Assembly (NCBI GenBank): GCA_040774925.1
Contig: JAXGTM010000002.1
Coordinates: 1-36,965 of the forward strand
Reading direction: 5' to 3'
DNA length: 36,965 nucleotides
Source: Atribacterota bacterium
Lineage (GTDB): Bacteria > Atribacterota > Phoenicimicrobiia > Phoenicimicrobiales > Stramentimicrobiaceae
In this document: piece after piece, positions 33,905 through 36,965 of the stretch
Numbering within the stretch: the first letter of the stretch is position 1
Layout: every line of letters starts with the position of its first letter
Program-made: the position numbers and the translations under genes
The notes under the pieces: model-generated
What the model was told of the DNA's origin: nothing
Seen by the model: only the letters and a program-made list of their open reading frames with translations
Database searches by the model: none

Positions 33905-34885
33905 TCAGACATCTCTTATTCGGGTAAGCTCTTTGTTCACTATAGTGCCAGGTATCTTGCCATTCAAAACATCCACAATAGCCTGAGCTGTTATCTCCTT
34001 ATAATATTGATATGATTCTTTTGTAAAGAATGCAGCATGCGGGGTAACTATAACGTTATCCAGCTTTAGTAAAGAATTGTCATCGTTAGGTGGCTCCTTC
34101 TCTAATACATCTAATGCAGCACCCGCAATAGTTCCATTCTTTAAAGCATTAAATAAATCATCTTCGTTTATTACTCCCCCTCTGGCTACATTTATTATGA
34201 CAGATGTTTTTTTCATGGCTTCCAATTCATTTTTTGCAAAACGATGTCTAGTTTCAGGAATTAATGGTGTATGAAGAGATAAATAGTCAGATTCCTTTAA
34301 TAATGTTTGGAAATCAACCAACTTTACCATATCATCTTTAGATTCTTTTACGTAAGGATCATGAGCAATTACAGAAAAACCCATGCATATTGCTCTCTTT
34401 GCAACTTCTCTGGCAATTTTCCCATAACCAAAAAGTCCTAAGGTTAACTTATTCAGCCGGGTTAAATGTGGCATTGATTGAAAGTTCCATATCTTTTTGG
34501 TTTTTATCATGTCATTGTATTGCACAATTCCTCTAGCAAAAGAGAGAATGAGAGCTATAGTATGTGTAGCTACCTCATCAGTACAATACTCTCCTGAATT
34601 AGTTATAATTATTCCATTTTCAGTTGCTGACTTCAAATCGATACCGTCTACACCTATACCATAACGGGCAATTACTTTACAATTTTTTAAATTATCCATA
34701 ACTTTTTTGGTTAAAGGAGCAAATTGACTTATTAATGCATCAGCCGAATGGCAATGTTCAATGACCTCTTCTTCTGTCTTACATTGAAATATCTTTAAAT
34801 CATGTGGTATCTGTTTTAAGATATTTTTTTCTATTTCTATTGAATCATGTGAGCAATCAGTAAACATGATCTGTCTTTTTTTCAT
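33905..34885 (-). CDS. D-isomer-specific 2-hydroxyacid dehydrogenase (PGDH/CtBP-like)
   Basis: NAD-binding LGLFGYGKIAREVAKRA, plus LHTPLIPETRH, INVARGGVINEDDL and the catalytic His in VTPHAAF. The ORF opens at TTG 34903, with in-frame ATGs at 34885 and 34867. I chose 34885, but the start is uncertain. Confidence 0.85.
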   Translation of the reverse strand: MKKRQIMFTDCSHDSIEIEKNILKQIPHDLKIFQCKTEEEVIEHCHSADALISQFAPLTKKVMDNLKNCKVIARYGIGVDGIDLKSATENGIIITNSGEYCTDEVATHTIALILSFARGIVQYNDMIKTKKIWNFQSMPHLTRLNKLTLGLFGYGKIAREVAKRAICMGFSVIAHDPYVKESKDDMVKLVDFQTLLKESDYLSLHTPLIPETRHRFAKNELEAMKKTSVIINVARGGVINEDDLFNALKNGTIAGAALDVLEKEPPNDDNSLLKLDNVIVTPHAAFFTKESYQYYKEITAQAIVDVLNGKIPGTIVNKELTRIRDV

Positions 34886-34961
34886 CTTTTTAAAAATCTC
34901 CAAAATTGATAATAAATTTTAAAAAAATTTTTACTTATCTATCTCCAGTAATTGTACTACG

Positions 34962-36260
34962 TTAAAAACCGAGTAATCTTGGAAACCATAAAGTCAATTG
35001 TGGAAAATAGGTTATTATAAATAAGACTGCAATATTCAATATTATAAATGGCATAATTTCTTTAATAATTAATTCTAATTTGACATCTGAAATAGTTGAA
35101 ACCGCATAAAGACACAAACCAACAGGTGGTGTAATTAATCCAATACAAAGGTTTACTACAAATACTATACCAAAATGCAATGGATCAAAACCCATGGCTA
35201 CCATAACAGGTCCAAATATGGGGGCAAATAGTATGTTTGCCGCTCCTGTCTCAAAAAACATCCCTACTACAAGTAAAGCAAAATTAACTAGAGTAATTAT
35301 TACCCATTTGTTATTAGATATTTGTAATAAAAAGTTAATAATCAATGATGGTATATTTAAAACTGCCAGTATATATTTGAAAGTAAAGGCTACCGCGATA
35401 ATAAGAAAAATATTTGAACAACTAATTGCTGTTCTTAGTAATATTTCTTTATAATCTTTCATTTTTAGATTTTTGTATACAAATCTTTCCAGAATAAAAG
35501 CATATGCAACAGCTATACAGGCCGCTTCGGTGGGGGTAAATATTCCTCCTAAAATGCCACCTATTATAATTATTGGTGTTGCCAGGGGAAAAGCCGCTTC
35601 TTTAGTAGAAATCATAATCCCTCTCAAAGTTCTTTTTTCATCACTTTTCGGATAATTTCTCTTTTTAGAAATATAGTAGACATAGGCAAAATCAACCAGG
35701 CAGAAAAGAACTCCTGGAACAAAACCAGCTGCAAATAATCCCGCAGTAGAAACCCCCATTATTGCACCATATATTACCATAGTAATACTTGGAGGAATAA
35801 TCGGACCCAACAGGGCTGATGCAGCAGTTACTGCAGCAGAAAATGGTTTATCATATCCCTGTTTAGTCATTGCCCTCATTTCAATTGGGCCAAGTGCTGC
35901 GACATCAGAAAGAGCTGCACCAGTAATGCCAGCAAAGAAAAAACTAGCTAAAATATTTGCATAAGCCAGGGCACCCCTGATGTTACCGGTAAGTTTTTCT
36001 GCAAAATCCATAATTCTGTCTGTAATTTCAGTTGCATTCATCAATTCACCTGCTAACAGAAAGAATGGAATTGCCATTAATACAAATGAATCCATTCCAT
36101 TAAACATAGTTTTTGGCAATAATAATAAAAATTTTTTATCTGATAATAAAAGGAAATAACTAAGAGAAGCCCAACCTAAACACAAAGCTATAGGCATCTT
36201 TAGTATCATTAATATTGCAAAAACAGCGACCATTATAGCTATCAACTCTAAACCCGACAT
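34962..36260 (-). CDS. dctM: TRAP transporter large permease subunit (DctM family)
   Basis: 432-aa protein with ~12 TM and a typical DctM N-terminus and length. GGAGGG Shine-Dalgarno sequence upstream of the ATG. It directly follows the small-subunit gene. Confidence 0.9.
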   Translation of the reverse strand: MSGLELIAIMVAVFAILMILKMPIALCLGWASLSYFLLLSDKKFLLLLPKTMFNGMDSFVLMAIPFFLLAGELMNATEITDRIMDFAEKLTGNIRGALAYANILASFFFAGITGAALSDVAALGPIEMRAMTKQGYDKPFSAAVTAASALLGPIIPPSITMVIYGAIMGVSTAGLFAAGFVPGVLFCLVDFAYVYYISKKRNYPKSDEKRTLRGIMISTKEAAFPLATPIIIIGGILGGIFTPTEAACIAVAYAFILERFVYKNLKMKDYKEILLRTAISCSNIFLIIAVAFTFKYILAVLNIPSLIINFLLQISNNKWVIITLVNFALLVVGMFFETGAANILFAPIFGPVMVAMGFDPLHFGIVFVVNLCIGLITPPVGLCLYAVSTISDVKLELIIKEIMPFIILNIAVLFIITYFPQLTLWFPRLLGF

Positions 36261-36329
36261 ACGACCCTCCGATTTTGGTTAACATTAAGTATAAAAGAAA
36301 TAGTCAATATTTGTAATTTCTGTTAATAC

Positions 36330-36809
36330 CTATTCATTTTTAAAACTATGAATTAAGTTAAATAAAATTTGAATAAAACACGCCAAACAACCAATGGGAA
36401 TACCTAAAAATGGATAGAACATCTTTATACCAGTAGCAGGGGAAACCATCCTAAAACCGCTAATAGCAGAAATAATTCCATATTTTATTACATAAGCAAA
36501 AAATATCAAAGAGAGGATATCAGTAAACCTAGTTACCATTTTTTGAGTCTTTTCAGACATTTTATTGGTAAAATATTCTACGGCTGCATGCTCACGGTTA
36601 CTAAAAGCCAGGCTTGCTCCTAGTAGTGAAACCCAAACTAAGATATAACGGGAAATTTCTTCTCCCCAAAAAGGTGCGGATTTAAATATATAACGCATTA
36701 TAACGCTATAAAAAACTATACAGGTCATTATAAATATCGCCACAATGCAAATCTTTGATATAACCTGGTGGAAAGCTTTTTCAATACTGTCAATTTTTTT
36801 TACTATCAT
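36330..36809 (-). CDS. dctQ: TRAP transporter small permease subunit (DctQ family)
   Basis: 159-aa, 4-TM protein immediately upstream of dctM. The size and topology fit DctQ. Confidence 0.8.
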   Translation of the reverse strand: MIVKKIDSIEKAFHQVISKICIVAIFIMTCIVFYSVIMRYIFKSAPFWGEEISRYILVWVSLLGASLAFSNREHAAVEYFTNKMSEKTQKMVTRFTDILSLIFFAYVIKYGIISAISGFRMVSPATGIKMFYPFLGIPIGCLACFIQILFNLIHSFKNE

Positions 36810-36852
36810 ACTACCTACCTGTCATCTCATAGAATAGTGATGTTATGGTTAC

Positions 36853-36890
36853 AATTATACCACCTCCTTATAGAGGGAGGTGGTATAATT
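36853..36890. repeat. 15-bp perfect palindrome upstream of dctQ, carrying SD-like/anti-SD-like arms and TGGTATAAT on both strands
   Basis: AATTATACCACCTCC (36853-36867) is the reverse complement of GGAGGTGGTATAATT (36876-36890), with an 8-nt centre TTATAGAG. I verified this base by base. Confidence 0.6.
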
Positions 36891-36965
36891 TTTAATGTAT
36901 TATTTACAAAATATTTTTTGCATAAAAATAAATTTTAGTGTATTTATTTTATTCGTATCCAAATT

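Noticed and set aside
36900-36965. Open minus-strand frame entering from the right window edge (…NLDTNKINTLKFIFMQKIFCK-stop), possibly the 3' end of a dctP gene
   Set aside because: Only 21 codons are visible and the peptide has no diagnostic motif. I cannot call it a CDS from this window and mention it only as context for the palindrome finding.

Overview
This is an AT-rich, densely coding bacterial chromosomal segment. I saw no transposase, integrase, CRISPR array or rRNA.

Gene content, left to right:
- A nine-gene V/A-type ATPase operon on the minus strand (155-8814), ordered G/H-like, C, I, K, F, E, A, B, D.
- A ZIP metal transporter, divergent from a secreted PQQ-type sugar dehydrogenase.
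- An nfeD-floA flotillin module plus a small membrane-anchored Lys/Glu-rich protein.
- Ketopantoate reductase, a tandem-domain carbon-nitrogen hydrolase, a DAG-kinase-family lipid kinase, and an aldo/keto reductase fused to a 2x[4Fe-4S] domain.
- An orphan membrane protein, a DJ-1/PfpI protein and tRNA-Pro(CGG).
- A tightly packed minus-strand array (21724-30038): two deoxynucleoside kinases, birA, a 1371-aa protein, a long GAPDH-like dehydrogenase and bioY.
- cstA, an orphan 169-aa protein, a stand-alone FmdE-domain protein, a D-2-hydroxyacid dehydrogenase and TRAP dctQ/dctM.

The best candidate for something undescribed is the 1371-aa protein. Its C-terminal ~500 aa are an unmistakable pyruvate,phosphate-dikinase ATP-grasp plus phosphohistidine swivel module. 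The PEP/pyruvate TIM barrel is missing, and about 870 aa of unrecognisable helical sequence sit at the N-terminus instead. Its stop codon abuts the start of an atypically long GAPDH-family enzyme that retains the catalytic Cys and His. The pair sits between the biotin repressor/ligase gene birA and the biotin transporter gene bioY.

Secondary points are a tandem nitrilase-superfamily protein whose second domain has lost the catalytic triad, a V-ATPase proteolipid with a non-homologous two-helix N-terminal extension, and several unusual palindromes in non-coding DNA.

All functional calls come from motif recognition by eye. No database search was run.
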